A stretch of DNA of 64,000 nucleotides from Nitrosopumilus sp. (GTDB lineage: Archaea; Thermoproteota; Nitrososphaeria; Nitrososphaerales; Nitrosopumilaceae). The position numbers and the translations under genes are program-made. The stretch covers positions 320,001 to 384,000 of the forward strand of contig OY763927.2 in the NCBI GenBank assembly GCA_963667665.2. The letters are read 5' to 3'. The notes beneath the pieces are model-generated. The model was not told the origin of the DNA. It saw nothing but the letters and a program-made list of their open reading frames with translations, and made no database searches. Below, piece by piece: positions 37,845-48,177 of this stretch. Each line of letters opens with the position of its first letter. Within the stretch, counting starts at the first letter, position 1.

Positions 37845-39611
37845 TTATATCAAATTTTTATCATGTGCTACTTTTTTTTGACCTTTGTATAATGTAATTA
37901 CTTCTTCATTTGTTGATGCATCTTCAACTGCTTTCTCAATTCTGATCTTTCCTGTAAATTTTGGAAATCTTAAAGCAAGACCATACTCTTTTCTTATCTT
38001 GCCTCTTGCTGCTTTGTGAATTGGACTTAATGTAATTTCTGATGCTACAACTTCGATTACTAGTTCTGGTTCAAACCACACATCCGCTTCCATTTCACTA
38101 TCTATGCGAGGATTTTTCTTGATTGTAACTTTTGGATTTAAAATTTGATACAACTGGTCCAAACTTTCATCTGAAAAGCCTGTTCCTACTTTGCAAATGC
38201 TAGTGAATATGTCATCATCTTCATCATATGTTGCAAGTAGTAGTGTTCCATAGTTTCCAGTCCTTCTTCCTTTTCCAAAAAATCCTCCTATTACCACAAG
38301 ATCTAAACTATCCCCTAATTCATTTTGATACTCTCGTTTTAGCTTTAACCAATTACTTCCTCTTGAACCTGCTTGGTATGGTTTATCGAGCATCTTTAGC
38401 ATCAATCCCTCACTACCTGCATTAATGCTATTTTCAAAAAAGTCATTAACTTCATTTTCATTTTTGACTATTGTCATTGGGATATATTTTGCAAATTCAT
38501 CTTCTTTTACAATTTTTTCTAATTTTTCTCGCCTATCTTTGTAGTTTAACTCTAAGCAGCTTTTTCCATTACAGTATAAAATATCAAAAAAATTTATTGT
38601 AATTGGATACTGAGTAACTGCTTTTTCTATCTTGTATTTTCTTCTCCTATGCATTAATTCTTGAAATGGTAAAAATGCTCCCGTACTTTCTTTAATTGCA
38701 ACTGCCTCTGCTTCTAAAATTACATTCTCTGCTTGAATTGCTTTTGGAATTTTTTCTATGATATCCGGATAATAACTTGTAATGTTTTCTAAACTCCTAG
38801 AAAATAATACGACTTTGTCTCCTTCGATGTGAAGCTGAACTCTTTCTCCATCTAGCTTGTATTCAGCTGCAAAATCATTTCCCAATTTTTCAATTGCCTC
38901 TTCTTCACTTTTTACTCTGTCAGCGAGCATTGGTCTGATGGGATTAAACAAAATAATCTCAAATTTTTCAATTCCTTCGAGACCTTTTGTTGCTATAGTT
39001 TCAGCAACTTTTCCTAAATCACTTGAAACGTTATATGCGTGTTCCAAAATTTTTCTGTTATCTTTATTTCCAGAAAATGCTATTGCTAATGCATCCATTA
39101 CTGTGTTCTCTGCAATTCCTAATCTCAAAGAACCTAACAAAATCTTTAAAATGAAACTTGCCTCTAAAGGACTTGCATCATTAAGTAAACTCGAAATATA
39201 TTTTATCTTCATATCTTGTGATCGAGTTCCTTCTAACTTGGCAATTTTGAATAAAGTTTCATAAACTCTCTCGACTGTGATATCTTCTACAAGAAATGTT
39301 GTCTGTGTTTTTTGTTCTAGTATTACTGATGCCGCATGTCCAAGATCTCCTTCTTTTCTATATTCTTCTTCTATTTTCTTAACTGGAATTCCTGATGACT
39401 TTGAGATTGCTCTTATTGCAAGTTTTTCAGCAACACCTAACTCAATTCCTTCAAAATCTGGCCTTAGTTTTCCTTGTAATAGATACACAATCTTCGAAAT
39501 TACATCATGAGGTGTTTTTTCAAATAATTCTACTAGAAACTGTGTTAACTCTAATCTTTTTCTAGTTGATTCCATTTGGTTAAAAGAATCAGCTAAAACA
39601 GAAAACTCCAT
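37845..39611 (-). CDS. lig: ATP-dependent DNA ligase
   Basis: EYKLDGERVQ, EGLMLK, WLKLK, LRFP. Confidence 0.97.
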   Translation of the reverse strand: MEFSVLADSFNQMESTRKRLELTQFLVELFEKTPHDVISKIVYLLQGKLRPDFEGIELGVAEKLAIRAISKSSGIPVKKIEEEYRKEGDLGHAASVILEQKTQTTFLVEDITVERVYETLFKIAKLEGTRSQDMKIKYISSLLNDASPLEASFILKILLGSLRLGIAENTVMDALAIAFSGNKDNRKILEHAYNVSSDLGKVAETIATKGLEGIEKFEIILFNPIRPMLADRVKSEEEAIEKLGNDFAAEYKLDGERVQLHIEGDKVVLFSRSLENITSYYPDIIEKIPKAIQAENVILEAEAVAIKESTGAFLPFQELMHRRRKYKIEKAVTQYPITINFFDILYCNGKSCLELNYKDRREKLEKIVKEDEFAKYIPMTIVKNENEVNDFFENSINAGSEGLMLKMLDKPYQAGSRGSNWLKLKREYQNELGDSLDLVVIGGFFGKGRRTGNYGTLLLATYDEDDDIFTSICKVGTGFSDESLDQLYQILNPKVTIKKNPRIDSEMEADVWFEPELVIEVVASEITLSPIHKAARGKIRKEYGLALRFPKFTGKIRIEKAVEDASTNEEVITLYKGQKKVAHDKNLI

Positions 39612-39648
39612 TCTAATCCTCTACGTAATCCTGAATAAAAGTTTGAAA

Positions 39649-40062
39649 CTAGATGTATCTGAAAATTGTTGGTTTGTCTGATTCTGGTTGTTTAGAGACT
39701 AGTGCAAAGTTGTATAGTGGATATTCTTTTTTGTATTGTTTCATGAAACTCCAAGCAACATCATGTGTTTTGAATTCAGTTCTAATGCCGTCAATTTGAC
39801 TCTTATTTCCAAACACATCAAAAATTACCACTGAATATTGTTTTGGGCGATTATGTGGTCTTGCTTTAACTAACCAAAATAATGCAAAAACAAAAACTGA
39901 GCCTAAAATTACATACTCCCCAGCCATTTTGAAAAATGTTAAAATGATTCCTGGTATGATTTTACCAAATAAAACAACCATGAAATCTGAAAATGTAACT
40001 AATGCTAATACTGTAACCAGATAGGTCTTATAATCAAAAACTTTTTGAAAATAATTATCCAT
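39649..40062 (-). CDS. Conserved hypothetical membrane protein
   Basis: Two TMs, VAWSFMKQY, IFRY C-terminus. Confidence 0.7.
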   Translation of the reverse strand: MDNYFQKVFDYKTYLVTVLALVTFSDFMVVLFGKIIPGIILTFFKMAGEYVILGSVFVFALFWLVKARPHNRPKQYSVVIFDVFGNKSQIDGIRTEFKTHDVAWSFMKQYKKEYPLYNFALVSKQPESDKPTIFRYI

Positions 40063-40125
40063 CTATTTTTGAGAGGTCTTTTTTGATTTAACTATTTCTT
40101 AAAATTTTGATGACAAACTAAACTG

Positions 40126-41262
40126 TTAATCTGGATCTTCGTATTTCTCTTTCTTTTCGCCACGTGTGGTGTATCCATCCATTGGCTTCATCTTGCTTTC
40201 AAGAATACTCATTCTATCTTTGTAACCTTCAGCATATTCTAATTCTGATGGAACAAGAGTTGCTGGATGAATAAATCCTTGACTTCTAATTGACATTGCT
40301 TTCTTTGTTGCAATTTCTCTTATGTAATCCCAGTCTGGAGTTGAGAATCCATCAAATGGACCAGTAAACTTTCCATTATGCATACTAAACACTAGTGCCT
40401 CAACAATTGGAATACAGAAATTGATCGTTGCTGGGGAATTTAGTTTTACAGGCATTAGTGGCATGTTATGACTGCCTCTTGTGTTTCCTGCCACATAATG
40501 TGGATTATTAAATACACTTCCAACCTCTTCTGTAGCTGGAAAATTCTTTTGTGTTCTAACTAGACATATTGGATCATCTTTTCCAACATATGTTCCTGCA
40601 ATGTTATGTAGTCTATCTGTTGATGCTGCAAGAATTGGCTCTCCATCTTTAGTATTTACTGAATCAACAACATATCTTCCTGGATACATTAATGCAGCTT
40701 CAATAGTTGGTTTGTCTTGCCACAATTCAAGTTCAGCAATTGTGCCTTGTTCTACATCCATTATGTTTATCTTTACTCCACTAGCAAGTGATTTGTTTAC
40801 AATCAAACCTGTATTACTTAATGCATCTACGAACATTCTGTAAATTGGATAGTTGAATGCTCCCGGTTCTGTTTTGTCTGCTGCAAAAACTGTGAATGCT
40901 TCATTTGGTCTTTCTTCAAATTCTAATTCTGCAACGCCTGGACCCATGCCTTTGATATTTCCTGAAAATGAATCTTTTAGCAAATCTTGTCCTGCACCAT
41001 ACAGTCCTTCCTCTTTAGCAACTTCTGTTCCTGCCATGAATGCATCCCAAGCTAGTTTGTGAATTTGTTCGTTTTCCACTCCATGTGTGTGAGACATTAC
41101 AATGTGAACGTCATCCCCACAATATCCTATGTAATGATCAATTAGTAGATCTGCTGAATTTTTTACTGTATTTCTTACTGCTTCAATTAAAGCATCACTT
41201 GGTTTTGTATGTCCGCCAACTCCGCCGACATCTGCTTTGATAACTGAAACTGTAATTTTCAT
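40126..41262 (-). CDS. fbp: Fructose-1,6-bisphosphate aldolase/phosphatase
   Basis: KADVGGVGGH, YGAGQDLL, DKTEPGAFN, YVGKDDP, RGSH. Confidence 0.96.
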   Translation of the reverse strand: MKITVSVIKADVGGVGGHTKPSDALIEAVRNTVKNSADLLIDHYIGYCGDDVHIVMSHTHGVENEQIHKLAWDAFMAGTEVAKEEGLYGAGQDLLKDSFSGNIKGMGPGVAELEFEERPNEAFTVFAADKTEPGAFNYPIYRMFVDALSNTGLIVNKSLASGVKINIMDVEQGTIAELELWQDKPTIEAALMYPGRYVVDSVNTKDGEPILAASTDRLHNIAGTYVGKDDPICLVRTQKNFPATEEVGSVFNNPHYVAGNTRGSHNMPLMPVKLNSPATINFCIPIVEALVFSMHNGKFTGPFDGFSTPDWDYIREIATKKAMSIRSQGFIHPATLVPSELEYAEGYKDRMSILESKMKPMDGYTTRGEKKEKYEDPD

Positions 41263-41392
41263 ATTTTCTCTTTTTACCTCTTTGATTTATGTGCTTTTGA
41301 TAAAGTATTAAGATCTAAAATAAATTGAAAAAAACTATACTTTTTTTCAAAAATTCATAACGCTAATAAATGACCTCTGAGAGGCAGTCCAT

Positions 41393-42691
41393 ATGGCAAA
41401 CAAACCCCACTTGAACATGATTGTCACAGGCCACATCGATAATGGTAAATCAACAACTATGGGACATTTCTTGATGGATCTAGGCGTTGTAGATGAAAGA
41501 ACAATTGCAGCACATGCAGTTGAATCTGAAAAGACCGGAAAAGGTGATACTTTCAAGTATGCATGGGTTATGGATAACATCAAAGATGAAAGAGAAAGAG
41601 GTATCACTATTGATCTTGCTTTCCAAAAATTTGAATCTGCAAAATACTTCTTTACATTAATTGACGCACCAGGACATAGGGATTTTATTAAAAATATGAT
41701 TACAGGCGCTTCTGAAGCAGATGCCGCCATTTTAGTACTTTCAGCAAAAGAAGGTGAAACAGACACTGCAATTGCAGCAGGTGGACAAGCAAGAGAACAT
41801 GCATTCTTACTAAAAACACTCGGTGTAAGCCAACTAATTGTTGCAATCAATAAAATGGATGCAGTTGACTATAAAGAGGACGCATTCAAAGCAGCCAAAG
41901 AAAAAGGTGAAAAATTGATAAAATCTGTAGGTTACAAATTAGAAAATGTAGCCGTTATTCCAGTTTCTGGATGGAAAGGAGACAATTTAGTTAAAAAAAC
42001 TGAGAATATGCCATGGTACTCTGGAAAGACACTCCTTGAAGCATTTGATGACTTTACAATACCAGATAAACCAACTGGTAAACCACTACGTGTCCCAATC
42101 CAAGATGTTTACACAATTACTGGTGTAGGTACAGTACCTGTCGGTAGAGTTGAAACTGGAACTATGAAAGCAGGAGAGAAAATAATTGTAATGCCTTCTG
42201 GTGCCTTGGGTGAAATCAAATCTATTGAAACTCACCATACTGAAATGCCATCTGCTGAAGCAGGTGATAACATTGGTTTCAATCTTAGAGGTATTGAGAA
42301 GAAAGACATCAAGAGAGGGGATGTACTTGGAACTCCTGATAAACCACCAATGGTTGCAAAAGAATTCAAAGCACAAATTATAGTTATTCACCATCCAACA
42401 GCAATTGCTCCTGGTTATACTCCAGTAATGCATGCACATACTACACAAGTTGCAGCAACTGTTACTGAATTTCTTCAAAAGATTAATCCAGCAACTGGAG
42501 CAGTTGAGGAAGAAAATCCAAAGTTCTTAAAAGTTGGTGATTCTGCAATTGTAAAAATTAGACCTGTACGACCAACTTGTATCGAAACTTTCCAAGACTT
42601 CCCTGAGATGGGTAGATTTGCACTCAGAGATATGGGTGCAACAATCGCAGCAGGAATAGTTAAAGAAATTACCGAAGAGTACAAACCATAG
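41393..42691 (+). CDS. tuf: Translation elongation factor EF-1alpha
   Basis: GHIDNGKST, RERGITID, DAPGHRDF, NKMD, GRFALRDMG. Confidence 0.99.
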   Translation: MANKPHLNMIVTGHIDNGKSTTMGHFLMDLGVVDERTIAAHAVESEKTGKGDTFKYAWVMDNIKDERERGITIDLAFQKFESAKYFFTLIDAPGHRDFIKNMITGASEADAAILVLSAKEGETDTAIAAGGQAREHAFLLKTLGVSQLIVAINKMDAVDYKEDAFKAAKEKGEKLIKSVGYKLENVAVIPVSGWKGDNLVKKTENMPWYSGKTLLEAFDDFTIPDKPTGKPLRVPIQDVYTITGVGTVPVGRVETGTMKAGEKIIVMPSGALGEIKSIETHHTEMPSAEAGDNIGFNLRGIEKKDIKRGDVLGTPDKPPMVAKEFKAQIIVIHHPTAIAPGYTPVMHAHTTQVAATVTEFLQKINPATGAVEEENPKFLKVGDSAIVKIRPVRPTCIETFQDFPEMGRFALRDMGATIAAGIVKEITEEYKP

Positions 42692-42700
42692 GCAATTTTC

Positions 42701-43009
42701 ATGACACAAACTGCCCGTGTAAAACTTACTTCCGTTGATTTAAAAAAATTAGATGGTGTTTGTGGCGAAATTATGGGAATTGGTAAAAAAACCGGTGTCA
42801 AAATAAAAGGTCCTACCCCACTTCCTGTCAAAAGATTACACATTGCTACTAGAAAATCTCCATGTGGTAGTGGTACTGAAACCTATGAAAAATGGGAAAT
42901 GAGAATGCATAGAAGAATAATTAACATTAACGCTGATGATAAAGCTATAAGACAACTAATGAGGCTTAAAATTCCTGATGATGTCTACATTGAATTGTCT
43001 TTGACATAA
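42701..43009 (+). CDS. rpsJ: 30S ribosomal protein uS10
   Basis: GPTPLP, RKSPCGSG, WEMRMHRR. Confidence 0.97.
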   Translation: MTQTARVKLTSVDLKKLDGVCGEIMGIGKKTGVKIKGPTPLPVKRLHIATRKSPCGSGTETYEKWEMRMHRRIININADDKAIRQLMRLKIPDDVYIELSLT

Positions 43010-43047
43010 TTTGGTATCCTTAAATTACAGAAATTTTGATGATAAAT

Positions 43048-43257
43048 ATGGTTGACGAAAACATAGATTCTATTGAAGAAACCCCTGTAGAGGAGACTCC
43101 TGCAGAGACATTTGATGTAATTTACTCTTGTCTTAGATGTGCAACTAATGTCTCTAATGAAGAATTATCTCGCTTACCTGAAATCAAATGCATCTGTGGA
43201 TTTAGAGTATTTACCAAAGTAAGACCTCCTGTAGTAAAAACAATAAAAGCAATTTAA
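43048..43257 (+). CDS. rpoP: RNA polymerase subunit Rpo12 (RpoP/Rbp10)
   Basis: YSCLRC..IKCICGFRVFTKVRP. Confidence 0.85.
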   Translation: MVDENIDSIEETPVEETPAETFDVIYSCLRCATNVSNEELSRLPEIKCICGFRVFTKVRPPVVKTIKAI

Positions 43258-43455
43258 CTATCTGTCTTTTTTATAACTGTGTTCTCTTTGTAAATGAGTT
43301 CTCATATCTTCCATGTTTGAAAAATATTTGTTACATTCTTTACAATCATATTGTAAATCTTTCCCATGAAAAATCTGTTTATGATTCATTAACTCTTCTT
43401 CTTTTGAAAATTTTTTGTCACAACTATCGCATTTAATTTTATTAAAAAATTTCAC
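43258..43455 (-). CDS. Double C2H2 zinc-finger protein
   Basis: CDSC..F...L..H...H; CKEC..F..M..H...H. Confidence 0.9.
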   Translation of the reverse strand: MKFFNKIKCDSCDKKFSKEEELMNHKQIFHGKDLQYDCKECNKYFSNMEDMRTHLQREHSYKKDR

Positions 43456-43457
43456 TT

Positions 43458-43868
43458 TTATCCAAACTCTGCTTTCTTTTCATCCCAACAAGTCCTACAG
43501 AGATGACCCTCAATCTTCCAATTTCCTTTTGCATTATATCTGAATAGTCCCATCTTTCCTCCACATAATGCACAAAAATTTTTTTTCTTAGTATGGGTTT
43601 CTTCTTTTTTGTCAAAACATTCTTTGCATAACAAACCTTCCATATCCCATTGCCATCTCGGTTCCCACAAATCTGTAATCTTTTTAGTTGTTTTACATAC
43701 TATACATGGCTGTCTTACTGTGCCTTCATAGTATTCCTTTGATTTATCAAAATGACAATCCCCACAAAGTCTACCTTGAATGTTCCATTCTTTTTTTGGT
43801 TTGTGTTTGTGAGTTAACTCCTTGTTACAAACAGCACAAAATGAAGGCTTTTTACTAAATAATCCCAT
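43458..43868 (-). CDS. Cys-rich protein with three CxxC...W..G.LCxxC repeats
   Basis: Three treble-clef-like repeats. Confidence 0.8.
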   Translation of the reverse strand: MGLFSKKPSFCAVCNKELTHKHKPKKEWNIQGRLCGDCHFDKSKEYYEGTVRQPCIVCKTTKKITDLWEPRWQWDMEGLLCKECFDKKEETHTKKKNFCALCGGKMGLFRYNAKGNWKIEGHLCRTCWDEKKAEFG

Positions 43869-43925
43869 AATCTCTATGAGATTTCAAATAATTTAATCTA
43901 TTAAATGTAAATAAAAAAGAAAGGA

Positions 43926-44198
43926 TTAGAGTCTTAGTAACTCTGTTCCTCGTCTGGTTGAAATGTAGTGTCCTCCTAATTTAGGAAGTATTGTTCTGGG
44001 CATCTCTGTAAGATCAATCATGGATGTACCCTTAGCACTTGCAATTTTCAAACTCCCAAATTCGCTAAGTTTTGCTTCTTGAGCTTGTTTGAATTCCTTA
44101 CCTGCCCAATTCATAGATTTTACTGATTCTATGATAGTTTTGGTACCTTTCTCTACACTTCTGACAACTATTGTATCCACAAAGTCTATTCCTGACAT
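43926..44198 (-). CDS. Conserved thaumarchaeal hypothetical protein
   Basis: 90-aa ORF with a T-rich terminator-like tract downstream. Confidence 0.7.
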   Translation of the reverse strand: MSGIDFVDTIVVRSVEKGTKTIIESVKSMNWAGKEFKQAQEAKLSEFGSLKIASAKGTSMIDLTEMPRTILPKLGGHYISTRRGTELLRL

Positions 44199-44327
44199 TA
44201 CACTTCATACACAGAAAAAGTAGATATGGTCTAGTTAGCTGAGATGATAATCTTTTAGCTCAATATACAATTTCATGACCCAAGAAAACTTGCGTTAAGC
44301 AGTGAAAATAAAAATAACAAGAATCTC

Positions 44328-44450
44328 TTATTTGTTTAAGATTTTTTCAAGAGCCTGGCTTGCATTGAGCATACCGTTTCTCTTTGCAAATTCTTCGATC
44401 ATTTTGAATTGTTTTTCAGTAAAACATACTGGCATTGAACGTCTTTCCAT
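44328..44450 (-). CDS. Small ribbon-helix-helix-like protein (40 aa)
   Basis: MERRSMPVCFTEKQFKMIEEFAKRNGMLNASQALEKILNK*. Confidence 0.6.
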   Translation of the reverse strand: MERRSMPVCFTEKQFKMIEEFAKRNGMLNASQALEKILNK

Positions 44451-44547
44451 GAATATGATCTGTATAATTAACTAATATCTTTTGCTCTCAGAATCGGTCT
44501 CTTTTGTATAATCCCCTTTGTAAAATCATAAACTAGTCTGAGACTTA

Positions 44548-45339
44548 CTAATTGCTCAAATTAAAATATCTTATAATAAAAAAAATAATAGTACCTACAA
44601 TAACTCCAATTGTTATTAATTTTAAAATACGTTCTTTCTTTCTGATGATATGATGATCTCCGTTATCTCTTTTGAGCAATTTGTATTGTCTAGATGTTTT
44701 TATCAATGCATAGGTAACTCCTGCAGTAATTGTAGCAATAATTACTGTCTCAATAGAAATTGAATTTGTTTGGATAACAGAACCTGCAAAAACAGGTAGA
44801 ATGCCCCACGAAAACACTGTTGATATATTATTGTGAAATTTACCTCCAAACAGTTCTAGACTATATGCAAATAGAAAAAAACCTTCAACAATACCTATTG
44901 GAAAAAGCCAAGGAGAATCTAAAAATGCAAAATAAATTCCAACATAAAATGCAATACTTACAGCAAATATTGCTATAATCCCAATCTTCTTTTTTGGCAG
45001 ACTTCCCCAAGGTTTTGTTTTTCCTCCAACTGCATCAAGCAGGTGAGCTCCTACTCCTAGTGCTAAAATGTATATCACACAAATTGCAACTACTCGCTCT
45101 AATTGTAGAGGTCCTGAAATTGCTCCTAATGCGGCAAAGCAAGTAACAATACTAGTGTATGGTAAAAATAAAATTCCTATACTAATTCGAAATTTTTTAG
45201 AGCCAAATTTTGGAACAAACCATTCTGATGTTCTATCCCCTTGCAATAATCTTGTTTGGACTTTGTTGCTTATATGATCACGGAATAGACAACTGATATA
45301 ATTGATAAAATGACTGATTGGCTTGTGAACAAATATCAA
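44548..45339 (-). CDS. Integral membrane protein (UbiA-like); true start probably downstream
   Basis: LFLPYT, AHLLDA, GGKFHN, WGILPV; multiple TMs. Confidence 0.7.
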   Translation of the reverse strand: MIFVHKPISHFINYISCLFRDHISNKVQTRLLQGDRTSEWFVPKFGSKKFRISIGILFLPYTSIVTCFAALGAISGPLQLERVVAICVIYILALGVGAHLLDAVGGKTKPWGSLPKKKIGIIAIFAVSIAFYVGIYFAFLDSPWLFPIGIVEGFFLFAYSLELFGGKFHNNISTVFSWGILPVFAGSVIQTNSISIETVIIATITAGVTYALIKTSRQYKLLKRDNGDHHIIRKKERILKLITIGVIVGTIIFFIIRYFNLSN

Positions 45340-45729
45340 AAATTTATCAAAAAAGGAGTCATTGAATCACTTGACAAGGTTCCTTTTCACAATAAGGCCC
45401 CAATCAAACGATTATCTATGTTGAACAAAACTTTGATTCCTCAATCAGATACCCATATTGCAGTTCACTTTGTAGATGCTTCAATAGTTCTTCCCAAATA
45501 TAGTAAATTACACAAACATGATCATGATGAAATTAATTTGATACTCTCTGAAGATTCCAGCTTAACATATGAGATTCAATTTGAAGATGAATCCTATCAA
45601 GTAACATCACCTTCAACCATATTCATTCCAAAGGGAACACGACATAGTGCACAGGCAATTTCAGGTAAGGGACTTTTTGTATGTATAATTTTATCAAATA
45701 ATGTAAATTCTTCTTCTCAAAACAATTGA
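45310..45729 (+). CDS. Cupin-fold protein
   Basis: HKHDHDEIN and IFIPKGTRH. Confidence 0.8.
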   Translation: MTDWLVNKYQKFIKKGVIESLDKVPFHNKAPIKRLSMLNKTLIPQSDTHIAVHFVDASIVLPKYSKLHKHDHDEINLILSEDSSLTYEIQFEDESYQVTSPSTIFIPKGTRHSAQAISGKGLFVCIILSNNVNSSSQNN

Positions 45730-45762
45730 AACCCTAAAAAGCAAATATCTAATAATTCTAAT

Positions 45763-46017
45763 ATGAAAATAACTGAAATAGAAATTGATGATAGCCAAAC
45801 AGGCTATTGTTGGGTTCAAATATATACTGGGAATAGAAAAAAAGCAATTTTATTAAAACATCAAATTTTATCTGATCAAGCAATTCGGGAAAGACTTGAA
45901 AAAGAAATTATACAAAGCCAAAACATATCTACCAATTCCTCGACACCGATGGAAGTTACATTCCAAAGTTTTCTTACCACAAAACTCAAATTAATTCATG
46001 AAGGAGAAAACGAATGA
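45763..46017 (+). CDS. Hypothetical protein
   Basis: 84-aa ORF; stop overlaps the next start. Confidence 0.55.
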   Translation: MKITEIEIDDSQTGYCWVQIYTGNRKKAILLKHQILSDQAIRERLEKEIIQSQNISTNSSTPMEVTFQSFLTTKLKLIHEGENE

Positions 46018-46625
46018 CAAAGAAACGTCAGATCTTAGTTATTGGTAATAATACAAATGGCTGTACACCAAAACATGAAAAAATTGCCTACGAAGTCGGA
46101 GAAAAAATTGCAAAATCTGATTCTGTTTTAATAACTGGTGGATTGGGAGGTGTGATGAAAGCTGCATCACATGGAGCTCATGATGCAAATGGTTTGAGTA
46201 TAGGAATAATTCCTCAAGAGGATGCTACATTGGCTAATCAATTCTGTGACATTGTAATTCCAACTGGAATGGGACTTGCTCGTGATTTTTTAAATGCATT
46301 AAGTGCTGATGGAATAATAATTGTCGGTGGTGGATCTGGTACTTTGTCAGAAGTATGTGCTGCATACATGTACAAAAAACCAATGGTTGCAATCCGAAAC
46401 ATTGGTGGTTCTGTTGAACAATACATTGATGGTTTTCTTGATCACAGAAAAAATATCAAAATCATTGGAGTTGATACTCCTGAAGATGCAGTACAAACAA
46501 TTTTAGAATTAATTTCTAAATCATTCGACAAAGACACAGAATCATCTGATGCTGAAATCCTTGATGATTTTAATAAAATTAAAAGTGGTGAGGTTTCAAG
46601 AATGGCTCAAAAGAATTCTGATTAA
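46014..46625 (+). CDS. TIGR00725/LOG family Rossmann protein
   Basis: TGGLGGVM, TGMGLARD, GGGSGTLSE. Confidence 0.9.
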   Translation: MTKKRQILVIGNNTNGCTPKHEKIAYEVGEKIAKSDSVLITGGLGGVMKAASHGAHDANGLSIGIIPQEDATLANQFCDIVIPTGMGLARDFLNALSADGIIIVGGGSGTLSEVCAAYMYKKPMVAIRNIGGSVEQYIDGFLDHRKNIKIIGVDTPEDAVQTILELISKSFDKDTESSDAEILDDFNKIKSGEVSRMAQKNSD

Positions 46626-46717
46626 TATTATATTTTGTGGTGAATTATTCCATTTTGGATCTAGAAATGTCCCCAAAATTCCCTATTCTTTATGGATTAA
46701 TTTATCGTAATGAAACT

Positions 46718-46789
46718 ATGATTGGAAGTAAGATGAGATTTTTTGTACCTATTAGACCAAGCAGAAGATCATCTGATGAAGACGAATAA
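46718..46789 (+). CDS. Micro-protein, PIRPSRR/acidic-tail family copy 2
   Basis: MIGSK(MRFFVPIRPSRRSSDEDE)*; paralogue at 33911 with synonymous codon differences. Confidence 0.65.
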   Translation: MIGSKMRFFVPIRPSRRSSDEDE

Positions 46790-46814
46790 GTTGAAAATTC
46801 TCTAATTTCCCTAA

Positions 46815-47954
46815 TTATTGCATAGAGACTAGTAATGGATCTGGTCTGTAAAATTCACCATGTTCTTCAGCCAGTTTGTTTAATTCATCAACAATTTTTT
46901 TGATACCTATTTCTTTTGCTGTTTCAAACAATGGTTTTTTGAGTCCTAATCCTAATTGTGCTGCTTTTTCAATCTCATCTATGTCACTTGCTCCGTTTGA
47001 AACTAACCATGCTGCATTGTTTAGAATGTTGGCAACAATTTGAATTGGATCACATTTTGCTGCTAATTCTTCTGAAAGTGCAACTCTTTCATATTTGTCA
47101 TCTGCATATTTGTAATATCCTTCTCCAGATTTTTGTCCAAGTTTTTTTTCATCAAACATTTTTTCAACTAGAGGATGAGGATTGATTACTTTTTTGTCTC
47201 GTAAATGCATCTCTACTGTAGCTTTGTGAATTACATCCATTCCTGTAAAATCTGCCAACTCAAATATGCCCATTGGGAATCCTAATTTGAATTTGAATGC
47301 TGAATCAATCTCTTCTAGTGTTACACCTGTTCTATCTTTTAGATAACATGCTTCATGAACCATTGGTATAAACAATCTATTGATTATGAACCCTGGAACA
47401 TCTTTTCTACATATTACTGCAATTTTGTTAACTGATTTTACATACTCTTTTGTTAAATCAATTATTTCTTGTGATGTTTTCTCTCCAGGAATTATTTCTA
47501 CTAGTTTCATTAATTGTGGTGGATTGAAAAAATGAATTCCAATAAATTTTTCAGGACGTGATGTGGTATTTGCTATTTCGGTGATTGGTAATGTACTTGT
47601 ATTTGATGCAAAAACTACTTCTGGTGCTGCTGCCTTGTCTAATTCAGCATAAACTTTTTTCTTTAAATCCATAATTTCTGGAACTACTTCTATGACTAGT
47701 TCTGCATCTTTTACTGCTTCATTCAAATCTACAACGGGTGTAATTCTTGAAAAAATTGCATCGCCTTCTTCTTTTGAAATTTTTTCTTTTGAAACTAGTT
47801 TATCTATACTCCATTTTACTTTCTCCATCGCTTTATCCAAAAACCCTTGTTCAATATCACGTAACACTACATTGTATCCTGCAGTTGCTGAAACTTGAGC
47901 AATTCCGTGTCCCATAACTCCAGAACCTAAAACTGTGATGTTTTTTACTGCCAT
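46815..47954 (-). CDS. 3-hydroxyacyl-CoA dehydrogenase (probable 3-hydroxybutyryl-CoA dehydrogenase of the 3HP/4HB cycle)
   Basis: GSGVMGHGIAQ, SNTSTL, GIHFFNPP, PGFIINR, PMG. Confidence 0.93.
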   Translation of the reverse strand: MAVKNITVLGSGVMGHGIAQVSATAGYNVVLRDIEQGFLDKAMEKVKWSIDKLVSKEKISKEEGDAIFSRITPVVDLNEAVKDAELVIEVVPEIMDLKKKVYAELDKAAAPEVVFASNTSTLPITEIANTTSRPEKFIGIHFFNPPQLMKLVEIIPGEKTSQEIIDLTKEYVKSVNKIAVICRKDVPGFIINRLFIPMVHEACYLKDRTGVTLEEIDSAFKFKLGFPMGIFELADFTGMDVIHKATVEMHLRDKKVINPHPLVEKMFDEKKLGQKSGEGYYKYADDKYERVALSEELAAKCDPIQIVANILNNAAWLVSNGASDIDEIEKAAQLGLGLKKPLFETAKEIGIKKIVDELNKLAEEHGEFYRPDPLLVSMQ

Positions 47955-48008
47955 AGTTTTTCAAAAATTGAGCATCCTTTATAATGTATTTCAAAATATT
48001 ATCAGTTA

Positions 48009-48176
48009 ATGGGTCTGTTCAAACGCAACAAAGAGAAGGAAAACATAACAAAATGTGAAAAATGTGGCACAGAATTACATGATCCTGAACGTTTGAAAAG
48101 ACATATGAAAAAAGCACATGGAAACGTCCCTGAAAAGAAATTAGATCCAAATTCAGGTGATGGTGGCTTATGGTAA
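48009..48176 (+). CDS. Small C2H2 zinc-finger protein (55 aa)
   Basis: MGLFKR..CEKCGTELHDPERLKRHMKKAH..GGLW*. Confidence 0.8.
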   Translation: MGLFKRNKEKENITKCEKCGTELHDPERLKRHMKKAHGNVPEKKLDPNSGDGGLW

Positions 48177-48177
48177 T

